Source: a virus (lineage: Duplodnaviria; Caudoviricetes). Taken from it: a stretch of 64,000 nt of DNA. The position numbers and the translations under genes are program-made. Shown one piece after another: positions 27,110-40,900 of this stretch; the first letter of the stretch is position 1; the number at the start of each line of letters is the position of its first letter. The stretch lies in the IMG/VR virus record IMGVR_UViG_3300020457_000007, positions 23,786 through 87,785 of that record. The stretch is one strand, 5' to 3'. A model generated the notes under the pieces. It was not told the DNA's origin, did no database searches, and saw nothing but the letters and a program-made list of their open reading frames with translations.

Positions 27110-28927
27110 TTAGAACTCGACTACGAGCTTGATATCTTCAATCTGGTCAGAAGCACGAGAGATAGCACGACGGTTCTCAATGTAAATGATATCGCCTGAG
27201 TTTTTCGCAATTTCAGCGTTAGCTACGCCACTTGAGAAAACTACACCGCCATCTGTCTGTCCACCAGGAGTGTTATATGTACTATTTACCGTAGCAGTAG
27301 AAAGTGATCCTGCACCACTAATAGCGTCAGATCCGTTATCAAATGGGTAAACAACACCGTTATGAGTGTGACGATCAGGAGACTGGAAGTACTTAACGAT
27401 GTTGTATGTTACACCATCTACAGTTCCTTTCCAAGAAACAACTGTTCCTTTAGCAGTTACGGATGAACCACCAGAGGTATATGTCTGTGAAATTTCCTCG
27501 TCAACAAAGAAATCTCCAGAAGGACTTTGTACTTTTAATGCACCAGTTGCACTTAGGTTATCAGCAGTAGCGAAGTCTGTAGTACCGTAGTTGTATGGGT
27601 CACGGAGTAATCCAATACGACGGAAGTCATTATCTGTTGGGAAGTCACCTTCTCCTTCATCATATGTCAAACGAGTGTTAATCATAACTCGCTTACCACC
27701 CAACTCTTCAACTGGGTCAGCACCGTGTCCACCCTGAGGAGGAATGATAACTTCGAGAGCACCACCAGTTGCGTCACTGTTAGCGTCAATGTTTGAAGGA
27801 GTTGTTAAACCAGTGTCACTGTATACATCACCTAGGTTAAGAGATGCATATGTGTATCCAGTACCAGCTGCCTGTACACTTGCTTCCGCAATAGCACCAG
27901 AATCAACTACAAGTTTAGCGATTCCAGCAGAACCATCACCCTTAATTGGAGTGTAGTAAGTACCAGCATCATAGTTAGTACCAGAGTCTGTAATAAGAAT
28001 AGTGTCAATCGCACCGTTAACAGCAGCAGAAGTAACAGCAGCTTCTTCAATAATTGGAAGGAAGTCAGTTGATAAGAACTTCAATACACTGTCAGTTGGG
28101 ATGGTGTACATATACTTCCAAATATATGGACGCTTACCATCAGTTCTGAATCCTGGATTACCAGCATCTTCTGGTTCAATGAAGATACCAGAGATAGACT
28201 GAACCTTAGTAGGTTCTGTAACTGATACTACACCGTTAGGATCTGTAGGAGTTTGACCGTTATATACACACTTAAAAACCTCATAGCTGCTATTCATCAC
28301 ATAGAATGTGGAAGCAAATAATGAGGTAGCACCAGTCGCAGTAGTCTTAGCACTAGAATAGTCGGGCTTGTACATATCGTACACTGTGTTAGCACCGAAA
28401 TTAAAACGCTTAACCACGAATGTTAAATCGTCTTTCTTAACCCTTTTAAGTGAGATCATATCATCGTAGATCTCGAACTTCTCTTCTTGAGAGTCAAATG
28501 GTTGTGTAGGAACGTTTTCGGATCCAGTCCTCCACACACCAGCCTTAGCGGTTGCACCACCAGTGTTACCAGTTACAGTAGTACCAGGAACGAAGTTAGA
28601 GTTCTGACCCTGTGTACCATTGACACCAGAGAGTAGAACAGAATTAGGGAATACTTTTTCGACTGTACCATATACAGAAGCACCACCAGGATATGACGTA
28701 CCTTGATATACAACCTCACCTACTTGGAAAGTATTATTGATTGCGTATAATTCTAGGTATGCACGCCACTCTTGCGGTCTTCCGATAAAGAAGTAGAGTC
28801 TTGTACGTTGGGTACCTGCCTCAGCCGCTGATTCCTCAGCTGGTGTGGAGGTTGTTGGTTCAGATAATGCCTCGACGAACTGTTGGGCATTATGTATCCT
28901 GAACAGATCAGTGATAATAGCAGACAT
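27110..28927 (-). CDS. gp8: Baseplate wedge subunit
   Basis: MSAIITD.FRI.NA.QF, YFFIGRPQ.W, FYVMNS.Y.VFKC, YIWKYMYTI, PQGGHG.D...ELG, SGDIIYIENR..I.R..DQ.EDIK.V.EF. Confidence 0.9.
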   Translation of the reverse strand: MSAIITDLFRIHNAQQFVEALSEPTTSTPAEESAAEAGTQRTRLYFFIGRPQEWRAYLELYAINNTFQVGEVVYQGTSYPGGASVYGTVEKVFPNSVLLSGVNGTQGQNSNFVPGTTVTGNTGGATAKAGVWRTGSENVPTQPFDSQEEKFEIYDDMISLKRVKKDDLTFVVKRFNFGANTVYDMYKPDYSSAKTTATGATSLFASTFYVMNSSYEVFKCVYNGQTPTDPNGVVSVTEPTKVQSISGIFIEPEDAGNPGFRTDGKRPYIWKYMYTIPTDSVLKFLSTDFLPIIEEAAVTSAAVNGAIDTILITDSGTNYDAGTYYTPIKGDGSAGIAKLVVDSGAIAEASVQAAGTGYTYASLNLGDVYSDTGLTTPSNIDANSDATGGALEVIIPPQGGHGADPVEELGGKRVMINTRLTYDEGEGDFPTDNDFRRIGLLRDPYNYGTTDFATADNLSATGALKVQSPSGDFFVDEEISQTYTSGGSSVTAKGTVVSWKGTVDGVTYNIVKYFQSPDRHTHNGVVYPFDNGSDAISGAGSLSTATVNSTYNTPGGQTDGGVVFSSGVANAEIAKNSGDIIYIENRRAISRASDQIEDIKLVVEF

Positions 28928-28974
28928 TGTTTTCTAAAAGTGTTTCTGAGACTGGATCCGAAAGTTATTTATAT

Positions 28975-31900
28975 TTATAGATCTAAATCTGCGGTGATTA
29001 TATAGTCACCTGCGACATAGGAGTCAGTGTTGGCATCATTGAACCACATTAATCTGACACCATATTGATCTGATGTCATATTTGTCGAGTCAGCCATATA
29101 GATACGGATTATCGTCGTGGCGGTTTGTGCATTAGCTGGAATATTTTGTGTTATTGTATTCCAACTGGTGTAATTCGCTTGACTGTAGGTCACTACTGAC
29201 CCAATATCAATGAATGTAGTTCCACCATCAATACTGTAACTTAGCATCAAATCGTTAACTGCGGATCCTGGTGCATTACCACCATTACTCCCGTCACCAC
29301 GAATCGCACTAAATGTTACCGTATTGTATGTAGTCAAGTCAGTAGGAGCAAATGTTGCGGATCTAGCTCCACTTACACCTGAGAATAAGAGATAATTTAT
29401 GTTGGAATCAAAAACTGTTCCACCAGATACGACAGATGCACCTACGTTAGTAGTGTTAAAGTCATATGCACTGAATCCTTTTTCAACCACACCTAATGGG
29501 TTGACACGTGTACATCCAACAAAACGATCGGGGAATGCTTGTGTATACGTGATTTTTTCAACCTTAGATTGATCTGCTGCACTTCCGATTATGAAAGCAC
29601 CCCCTGAAGCAGGGAATCCAGCAGTAGAATCAACTAAGATAGTATCAGATCCGTTTGGATTATCCAAAGCGGAATATGTAAGTTTGGTACCGAAATGTAC
29701 CTCAGATCCTTGCATATACACAAAGTTATTTGTGTCACCAGGATCATTAACTTGAGAATTATAAACTTCGGGATTCTCGAAATCTTCAATCGTCAAGTTA
29801 GGATACTTCTCAGACCACCATCCTATATTCATATCTCCCATAATGTATTGTATTGTCCTACCCATACCATCAGTGTAGTAGCCATTGTTATTGGTTGTAC
29901 TCTGTGGTTGAATTTCAAACTTGAAGCTCTGTAGGTAATTCAAATGAGGACCAAGGTTACCAGGACTGAATGTCTCCTTAACACCCTTCATTTGAGGGTT
30001 GGTACCTGCTTGTTTCTCAATAGCACCTGACTGAGCAGTTAGTTTTGTCTCTGTAAACTTGTACTTAGTGACAGCAACTGAGACACCCTGAACACCACCT
30101 GAACATTGTGTATTGGTGACATTAGTCTTAAGATATTGAACTCTTGTTTGTTCAGGTTTAAGTTCAACCAATATTTGTGGTTGACCCTTAGTAGCTAGAT
30201 CTTGTAGATCAATAATCTTCCTGATATGAATTACAGGATCATATGTTCTGTTAAGAAGATATGCACTGCCACCAGCATTACCAAATACTAGAGTGACACC
30301 ATAAGGTACAACTGCTGCCCACTGTGCCCAAGTTGTCTGAGCACCACCCTTCTTGATAACAGAAAGATATGAATGTAATTTTGCAGCTGCATCAATACCA
30401 ACTGGTTCAATACCAAATGTAGTAAGATTCTTGATGTCAAGAGGGTTCTTACGGATAACGAAATAACCTCTAGTAAACAGAATCTGAGGAGGAACCTTAT
30501 AACCAGAACCACCAGAGATAATTTCTGTATCTGCTATTTCACCTCTAACAGCAATAGCATTAGCACGTGCACCACCGCCAGCAGGTGCTCCCACTGGATC
30601 ACCGTTTGAATCAACCTCAGGTTGACTACGGAAAATCATTACGGGTGGTTCACGATAGTTCTTAGATATCTGATCTTGTAGATCTCCAGAGTATATGGAA
30701 GAACTGAAATCATATTCTTGTGAGATGTTATTAGCACTAGCATTTTGTGGAACAAATCCACCTCCCATAAGATCCTTACCCTTATTCAATACGTTGTCCT
30801 GTCTCCAGTTAGCAACATTATCGAAGTAAGTAGAGTTGTCTCTCTTAGAAAGTACGATACTATTAACACCACCTGGTTTGAGGTATTGAAGACCAGTACA
30901 CTCTGTACCAGCTACGTTATTAATATAAACTTTTTCACCAGGACGGAAGTTGGCAGCTACTGGATCAGTATATCCAGAACCATCAAGGTATAGACTGTAT
31001 AATTCTAAAGTCTTTCTAGCTGGGATGTAGTTCTTAACTGTACCTTGCCATACTATGCCAGAGTTAATATCATTCTGATCATTGTACTGACATACGACAT
31101 CGTTAGGTAGGAATTCTACACCAGCTTGTCTACTAGATGTAAGTGAGTGATATCTCAACTCAGCATCAATACGTGCAACTGCCTGTGCACCGTCTCCTTC
31201 AATCTGACCAGAGTAAGCACCAACGTTGATAACAACTTCATACTCATAAGATCTAAAGAATGATCCAACGGTAGTATCACTGTCATAACCAGAGGTTACA
31301 AGTGCTTCTCTAGCAGCACGAATGATAGAACGTGAATCTGCCTCACCATCAATCTGAATAAAGTCACCAGTCTTAAGTGTAGAAGGTATTCTATCTTGTC
31401 TATTAAATAATTTCTCTCTTAAATCAGAGTTAGTAGATTCTTCAACTGCATTAACTGTAACATCAAGTAGAGATGCACTAGCTCCTCTGTCTCTAGTGAG
31501 ACTTAGAGTACCATTTAACCAGTTAACTTTCTGTCCTGTAACACCCTCAACGAATAGAAGGTTTCTAGCACCAGGTGCCCAGTTCTGCTTATAGATTCTA
31601 CCTCTTGCATATGAGTACTCATAGGTATGAGTTCCACCATTAGGATCAGTAGAGATCCAGCAATCTGCACCCTCTAGAGGAAGAACGATTTGCTGATCAA
31701 CAGTTAATCGGAAGAACTTCTTAAATGTACCTTCAGGTTCAATATTAAATCCTAAGAGAACACGCTCTGGATCCAAACCATAGAAGTATAAGATAAAGCA
31801 TTCGGATCCTTCTGAAGGAGCCTCTTGGAATACAATGATATTGTCTTCAATTCTGTATGCTATTCTGTTCTGCTGAATAACACCGTTAAGTATAACCACA

Positions 31901-34900
31901 ACGTTTTGACTTCTCTCTGCATAGAAAGGAACACCACCACGCTCCAATTCAAATATAGTCTGAGCATCATTGAACTGTGCTTCAATGGAGTCCATCTTAT
32001 AGTACTTACCGTGCTTGAATCCAAAGAATTTCTGTTGAACACCAGGAGAGATAATAGCAGTAGCACCAACATTAGCAATAGCTAGTGATGCTTCACTCTG
32101 TATATCTTCACCATTCAAGAATTCCTTCTTAGTCATCTCAACCTGTATACGGTTAGGATTAGGGAAGTCCTGAGTTATCGTCATTAGATAATTCTTCTGA
32201 TTAAACGCAGTCTCTTTAATTGTATTAAGAACAATACTGAATAGTGAGTTAATAGCAGATTCAACCTGTGCACACTGAGGCATTGAATCAACAGTGATTG
32301 TCAAATCTCTATTAGCAGTTAGAGAACTATAAACAATAGGCCATCTCTCTGGAATAGTTCTAGTTACACCAGATTCAAATGTAGTTGGGTTCTGTACAGC
32401 ATTCTCAATTAGACCCACAAATGTATCAACAGCAGATTCAACCTGTGCACATTCGTTAGACTCCTTGGTAATACTAGGATCTTTAATCTGTATTAAACCG
32501 TGTGTTCCAACTGCATTAACTGTGTTGTTACGTATAATGTTAGCAAGAATAGTCTTAAGATGTCCCATTACATTCAACACCTCAGGTACTGAGTGCTGAA
32601 TATGCTCTAGGTATCCATCTCTGTCGATGAATAGATCAGCAGCATCCCAAACCTTGTTGTTACCACCATACTTGAGGTTCCATACAATTGCTTCTAGAAT
32701 ATCCTTAACGTCATCAACACAATCACCAAGTGCATCGTGTGATGATGCTCTAGGATAGGTATGAGTTGTAGCGTGATCATCCATACCACAAGTTAATGTG
32801 ATAGTGTCAGGGAAGAACTTAATTCCTGTATGTCTACCTAATCTATGTGTACCAACGTCCATCATCATATCACCTGTTGCAGGATCATATGTAAGAATAG
32901 ATGGTTCGTAAGGTAATGGTTCAGATTTACCAACGTGTACTGTAATAGTAGTAGCATCTACAGATTTAACTGTAATAGATCTACCATATACAGGATCACC
33001 AACTCTAGGATATGAATGAGGAGTTTCATTCGCATCCATAGCACATCTCATTATAATGCTATTGGCCAGAATAGTAATAGTGTTGGATGTAGTAATAGAG
33101 TGACCACTACCAAGAGTAAGCACCATATCACCAGTGGATGCATCGTACGCAACATCTGTTGGCTTGAATTTCGCACCCGTGTTAACAGTAATAGCATCAT
33201 CTAATGCCCTATCGAAAGTATGAGTGTAACTACCACCTGTAATCAATGATGCCTTCTTAACACTATTAGGAAGAGCACTTTGGAATACGTGGTTAGTAGT
33301 ATTGCTTGATGGTACAGTTGTATTAACTGTTATTTCAAATTGATTTAAAGAAGTATTGCTTATCTGGAACCAACCATCAGATGCCCAGTCTTTCTTATGC
33401 TTAATCGCATTTGAGACTCCTGAGACAAAGGAATGATCAGTAACATTAGTAGAAGGAAGGATGTCTAATACTGTAACATCAAAAGCATTACCAGTAGCAT
33501 TAGAAATCTCTAGCCATCTGTTACTTGGATAGTCTGTATACCTAGGATAAGGATGCTGTGATGAATTAGTATCTTCAAGACAAGTAAATGTCAACGCACC
33601 ATCGTCAAACTTGATCCAATCACCATTGGATAAGTTGTGTGCAACAGTTGTACGTACTGATAGTACACCTGTACTAGGATCATAGGTAGTACCTGTATCA
33701 GCAGTAAACATATCCGTTATTGCTCTAGGATATGCGTGATCATCAGCCTGTCCATTTTCATCACAACGGAATGTGACAGCACCAATATCTAATTTAACCC
33801 AGTCGCCATTACTATATCCGTGATCTGCAATGGTAAGTACCATCTTACCATCATTAGGAGTATAGACAGCATTAGTAGGTGTCTTACCTACCTGTTGTAC
33901 AAACTGATGAGTGCTATCATTAGAAGACTTACCGATATTAGTTACGATAACACCGTCTTGCCTGATAATACCATTAGTGTAAGCAGAAACAAATGTATGA
34001 TCAGTTTCATTACTGGATGGTATAGTTGTTAAGCACTGTATCTCAAATGTATTAGGTGTAACATTTGATACCTCTATCCACTTATCACTAATTGGGTCAG
34101 TAGATCTTGGATATGCGTGATTAGTCTGGTTACCATCTTCATCACAAGTAAATGTGAGTGAATGATCCATCAACTTGATGTAATCACCATCTGTTAGACC
34201 GTGACCATATGTTGTAACACCACTAGAACCAGCACCTTGGAATGTATGAGGGAAGTTATGGCTAATAGTACCTTGACCACCATTTACATTAACTGTAATA
34301 GTTGTAGCATCCTTCTTAAGGACAGGTAACCAAGTGTCATAGGCATAATCAGCACCACTTGTAGTATTAGCACCTACTGCTCTAGGATATGTCTTAGTTT
34401 GTACAACTCCATTATATTCACAACTGAATGATAGTGAATCAGCAGTAAGTTTGATCTTATCGTAGCAAGTTAAACTGTGTGCACCGATAGTCAACTGCAT
34501 ATCACCAGATGCAGGACTATAAGCAGCATCAGTTACAGTAAATTGTTGTGTAGGTACTGTTATTTCTACTACTCCAGTCTCAGGGTTATATCCAGCATTA
34601 GTAGCAGTAAGAGGTGTACCTTCATACTTGATATAAGCAGCATCATCATAATATGGATCAGCAATTATGCCCACTCCAACCTTGATTGGTGTAGCAGAAC
34701 TAACGAATGTATGTGTATAATTACCTCCACTAACAACTGCTCCACCAGTAGCACTAATGAAGGTGTGAGGGTAGTTATGACTGATAGCACCTTGACCACC
34801 ATTAACGTTAATGGTAATTGTAGTTGCATCTGCTGATATAATGTCTAATGCAGTGTCGTATGCATAGTCTTCACCATTAGATGTGTTAGCACCAGAAGCA

Positions 34901-37900
34901 CGAGGGTATGTTCTCTGTGCTACACCACCATTATCACACTCAAACAGCAATGAATCGGTAGTTAACTTGATAGCGGTACCGACTGCTAGACTATGTGAAC
35001 CAATTGTCAATACCATCTCACCTGTAACAGGATCATATGTAGCATTTGATACATTATGATTGACTAGAGGTGTAGTACCAACATTAACAGTAATGGTATT
35101 AGAAGTAGTTGCTGTGATAGAAAGATTCTTACCACTAACAGGATCTGTTGCTCTTGGATATTGCTTAGGTGAACCATTACCATCCATTGCACAGTTGAAA
35201 GTCAAGGCCCCATCAGGGATCTGGACTAACTCACCTGTAGTGAATGAATGAGGTCCAATATTCATTTCTAATAGACCGTCAGCTGGTGTGTAAGTTGCAT
35301 CAGTTACACTACGCAAGTTACCAGTAGCCATTCTTGCTACTGATTCCTCAGCAACGAAAGTCTTATTATCTTTTATTAGTTTTGCAGCATCAATGAATGT
35401 ATTTGCTACAGGGTTGTCAATATTGTAAGGATCTGCATATACACCTATAGAATTAGCTAATGCACTCTTGAATGTATGAGCATAGTTACCACCAGAGATG
35501 ATAGAATCAGCAGCAGCAGTTACAAACTTATGAGTATATGCACCACCACTAATAACTGCACCAGGAAGTGCATCAACAAATGTATGAGGTGTAACGTTAG
35601 TAGAAGGTGCTACATTAAGGATATTAATAGTAATGGATGTATTAGTTACTGACTTAATATTGATTGCTGTATCATAGAATGGATCCACCTTCTGTTTGAT
35701 ACCATCAGCTGTAGCAGAAACAAATACGTGTGTATCAGTATTGGTAGAAGGAATTGCATCAAGAACAGTTACTACGAATGTATCAGTTGTAACATTTGAT
35801 ACCTTTAACCATCTATCGTTAGGATAATCTCCTGTTCTAGGATATGTTTTTGCTTGACCATTACTTCCAACACCAACATTAACTGTAATTGTTGTAGCAT
35901 CAACAGAATCAATAGCTATCGCTGTGTTGTATACAGGGTCAGTTGTACGTGGGTATGTGTGGACAGTTGCGTGACTGTCTGCATCACAAGTGAATGAAAG
36001 TGAATTAGCAGCAATAGTAATAGTGTCGCTAGTTGTTAGAGAATGATTTCCTATTGTAAGAATCATTACTCCTGTACCGAAGTTATAGTCTGCTCCAATA
36101 ACATTGAAGTTGCTTCCACCAGAGGAAACAGCATCGATAGCAGTACCACCAACGTAGGTATGAGTACCAGCACCATATGTGCAAGTTAATGTAAGTGAAT
36201 TATCTTCAAACTTAATCCAATCACCATCTGCCATATTATGTGCAGATGTTGTTGTAACAAGCATCTCACCATTTACAGGATTATATGAAGTTCCAGTAGT
36301 AGCAGTATGACTATAGGTATCTGGTCTAGGATATGACTTATTACCAGAACCGTGAGTACAACTAAAGATTAAAGAGCTGTCTCGTAACTTAATACTTGTA
36401 TTTGCTGCTAGTGTATGATTACCAATAGTCAACTCCATATCACCTGTAACAGGATCATAGGCAGCATCCGACACATCGTGAGTAACTAAAGGTGTTTGTC
36501 CAACCTGTAGTGTAATCTTACCTTTCTCAAGTTCAATACCATCAGTAAGAGCACTTACAAATGTATGAGTATCAAGGTTAGAAGAAGGAAGAGTGTCTAA
36601 GCACTGTATATCAAATGTATTTGTAGTTACATTAGAGATAGGAATAAACTTACCACTGATAGGATCAGAAGAACGTGGATATGCAGAACCAGGAGAACTT
36701 ACGCCAACATTAACTGTAATAGTACCACTACCTTGATCTACTGCTTTAATAGCAATTGGTAGATTGTATGCTGGATCTGTTGCTCTAGGATAAGAATGGT
36801 CAGTTGCAAAGTTGTCTTCGTCACATCTGAATACTAATGAACCACCAGCTATAGTAACTGTATCTACAATAGTAAGAGTATGAGTACCAATAGTTAATGA
36901 TAAGTCACCGTTAGATGGATTATAAGAAGCATTAGTAACATTAAATGATGCACCACCTGTGACAGTTACAGCATTGGTTGCAGTACCACCAACATAATTG
37001 TGAACTCCACCACCATAGGTACAACTAAAGGTTAAAGCACCGTCAGCAAGTTTAACATTGTCACCAGCTTCAAATCCGTGGTCTGTAACCTGAATTGTAA
37101 CAATACCTGTTGTAGGATTATAGCTAGCGGTCTCTGCTGTATGGAATGTGGATCCAGTACTTACAATATTAAATGCTTTGTCGTAGAAAGGATCAGTTGT
37201 TCTTGGATAAGTCTTAACTGAGTCTCTATGATCCATCTCACACTTGAATGAGAGGGAGTTAGGAGCAATCTTAACAGCAGTATTAGGAGAAAGATTATGA
37301 GAACCAATATCAAGTGTCATAAGACCCGTTGTTGGATCATATGAACCGTCTGTTGGTGTATGTGTGATATTAGATGTTGTACCTACGTTAACAGTGACTG
37401 TATCATCTGTTACTTGAGTAATATCAAGGGTTGATCTGTATGCAGGATCTCCTTGTCTTGGATATGTCTTATCGGATGTCTGTCCATCCATATCACAACT
37501 CCAAGTCATCGAGTTATCAGCAATCGCTATGAAGTCTGCTGTAGTAAGCTCGTGATTTGGTATTGTTAGTACTAGTGTACCACTAGTAGCAGAGTAAGTA
37601 GCATCTGTAGGTTGCAATCTGAAGTCAGATGCAGCTGCTCTCTGGAAATCATATAGATTGTCTATACCAAACTTATTACGTACTGCAAGGATAACCATAT
37701 CCTTCAAATACTTCATAGACCATAGAGTTGCCTCTACTTCACCTTCAATATGCTTAATACCACTATTAGGATCTGAAGGATCTAAAAGATACTCTTTAGC
37801 AGCATCAAATGTATTACTGTTACCACCTTGAATAAGGTCATCTGCCATTGCTCTCAAGACAGACTTAAGGTCAACAATACACTGATTTCTTCCTAGACCT

Positions 37901-40900
37901 GGATATTGGAAATACTCAGGTGCAAATTTACTTGTATTGTCTAATATGAATACTGCTTCCTCTGCTAGTACAGCAGCGTTGTTATCGATGATATTTGCAG
38001 CATCTAGGAATCTATTATCTGAGAAATACCTCTTAGCTACGATTTCACCTCTAGCACCAGAAGTTTGTCCAACAACATAGTCATTTACTAGCCAGTTGGT
38101 TGCATCACCAATTTCAAGTTCTACAATCTTACCAACCTGTCTAGGTGGTTCTGTAAAGGTTATTTTACCATTTCCAGGATTAGTTGTTAAAGTAAAGGCA
38201 ACATCGGGTTCCTGGATAACACCATCTAAAGAAACGTATAAATGGTCTCCATCTACAATAGGAATGCCTAAATCGAATTCTGTAGTAGTACCATCGAATA
38301 GAGAAGTGATATTGTTCGCTTCTCGCATATATTCGGCATTATTCGCATCATCTTGGAATTTCATCGACTTTCCGTAGAAAGTCACGCCTGGTACAAATAT
38401 ACCAGTACTAGGATCAGTATATGGTCCTAATGGTGCAGAAGCGAATGTAATGGTAGATCCAGCAACTGTATACGCAGTATCAGGATCCTGAAGAACACCG
38501 TCCAATGTAACGACTAATTGAGTTGCTCTGAACGGAACAAGCACCTCATTGATATCTTTCTTGAATAATGTAAATTGAGTCGTACCAGTGATTGTACCAT
38601 CTGCTTGAACAGCACCATCGAAGGCTGGTGAGATTGCTAGGTCAAATACTTCAATTTCAACGTTATTCTGTTCACTATAGTTAATAGTTCCTGTACCACG
38701 TTGTTTCGACATAGAATCGACTCTAACGTGAGATTGAGTGATTCTTCTCGACTTATGAGCACAAGTAACACCTAAAACGCCAGGTTCGATGATACTCATC
38801 ACCGCACCGTATCCATTGTCCTTTGTGCCACTTTGAGGAGTGTCTATGGTCTCTGGTTGTGTTCCATCACCTTGAGACTCAATTAAGACTTCTCCAAAGA
38901 GGTTAAATCCAGCTGGATGGGTAAAACGCTTAACAAAGTCTCTCCAGTCGTTAATAGAGACTGTAGACTTAACTACGTAAGAATAATCTTGATAATAGAC
39001 TCCATCTTGGACTTTCTGTGAAACAGCACTTAATTTACTTCTATCACTCGAATATGAACCAACTGAAGTACTTGTAGGTCCAATTTGCGGAGTTATGTTA
39101 GCTACGTAGATAACTTGGATACTTGCAGTAGCACGAAGTGTCTCACCGTAGATTTGATACCTAGAATCGAATTTTCCGTAGATACCCTTCAAACGAAGAA
39201 TATTCATTCCATCAACCCAGTAATCAACTCTACCAGAAGCAATCATATCTCCAGCTAAGTTTCTTTGCGTTATTAGCTCTCCATTCAAGAATGCCTTGTC
39301 GGGCATATCTCTTAGAGTCATAACAATGGGTGGATTGACTTGAGGTGCTAAAGTTGGGTCATTATTGAAGTCTTTACCCGAAGATATGATTTCTAGGGTT
39401 GCCAACTTACCAATATCAGTTCCTTGAGCAAATAACTTAGTATCTGACTCATAAAGTCGTAAAGTAGTCGTATCTGCGTAATTAACTCCTTCATCAATCG
39501 GAATAATACGAGAAACCGATCCGTCTGCCCTTAATTCGATTGTAAACTTAGCATTTGCTCCATCACCCCTATTTTCAAGCAATACAATGGGTTTAGAGTA
39601 ATTTAATCCAGTATCTGTAACTGTAACTGATGTAATACGTCCTTCAGTAAGATTAACAGTAAATGCACCTCTAAAACGCTTGTTTAAGAAGACACCAGGC
39701 ACTTGAGGTGGCATCGTATAGTTTTTACCACCACTGATGACTTTAACCCTCTTAATCGCTCCTACAGCGTATAGAGAGTCGGTATAATATTGAACATTCG
39801 TAAATCCTTCATTTTGAGGAGTCTGCTTTAACCTATAAGCAAATTCGTACTCATAGCCATAGAATACAGCGTGCTTACCTGCAAATGGGTCTTCTACAAG
39901 AGTAAAGAACTGATCTTCAGCATCTATCTTCGCAGATACCTCTCCATAGTAAATTTTGGTAGGAATGTCTAGTACAGGTGTACTCTTCCAAGTAGTACCG
40001 TCTACTGGTATACCATATCCAAGTTGGAACGTACTAAATGACCCAGTATTACCAGGTTTTACAGTTGACTGGTACGCTTGTACTAGTTCAGTAGTTCTAT
40101 AGACGTTTTCGTAGAATTTAAGATTTCTATTGACTAATGATGGATCAGAAGTATCAAAAAGATAACGATAAGTCTTTTGACACTCAATACTGATATTTCT
40201 ATTCCATTCTGTCTGTCCATCCTTCCTAAATCTAAATCTTAAGGAAGTAGGTTCGACACTTGCTATAGAAACCTGTTTATTAGGTGTACTACCATCTAAG
40301 AAGGTGGAATTAGTGTCAATTGTTGTGTCTCCTTCATTTAAGTAATAAACAATTAACTTATGAGTCTCAGAATCATATGAATCAATCCAAGCATTGTTTC
40401 CACTGAATGATACATTGGAATCCTTAGTGAATCTGTAAATATTTGTTATAAGTGTGACATCAACACCTTCAATATGATCTTCTGCTTCAGTTCCATTAAC
40501 ACCACGTATAACAGTTAGGAAATTACCTGTAACATTAGTGATCTGACACTCTTCATCAGTGATTCTAATAATATCATCTCTAGAGTAGCCAGAACCACTG
40601 GTTACTGTTATGATGGTATCAGTTTTGGCACAACCAGCAGCATCTACAAAGAATGTAGCCTCTTGACTATTGACATTACCACCTAGAAGACTAGATTGTA
40701 TAGTTACTATATTACCATACTCGTATCCATCTCCTTTAGTAATGATCTGAGCACTAACAACGTGTCCACCAGCATCAGTAGTAACAGTAAGGGTTCCAGC
40801 AGATCCTGTACCAGATTGATTGGTAACATTAAGTCCATTAAAGGTTGTACTAGGAGTAAATCCACTACCAGCATTGATAATGCTAACTCTAGCTATCCCA

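Noticed and set aside
32735-37620. gp7 repeats as DGR template/variable repeats or inteins
   Set aside because: Similarity is at protein level with no adenine-specific near-identical DNA pair, no reverse transcriptase, and no intein splice or LAGLIDADG motifs.
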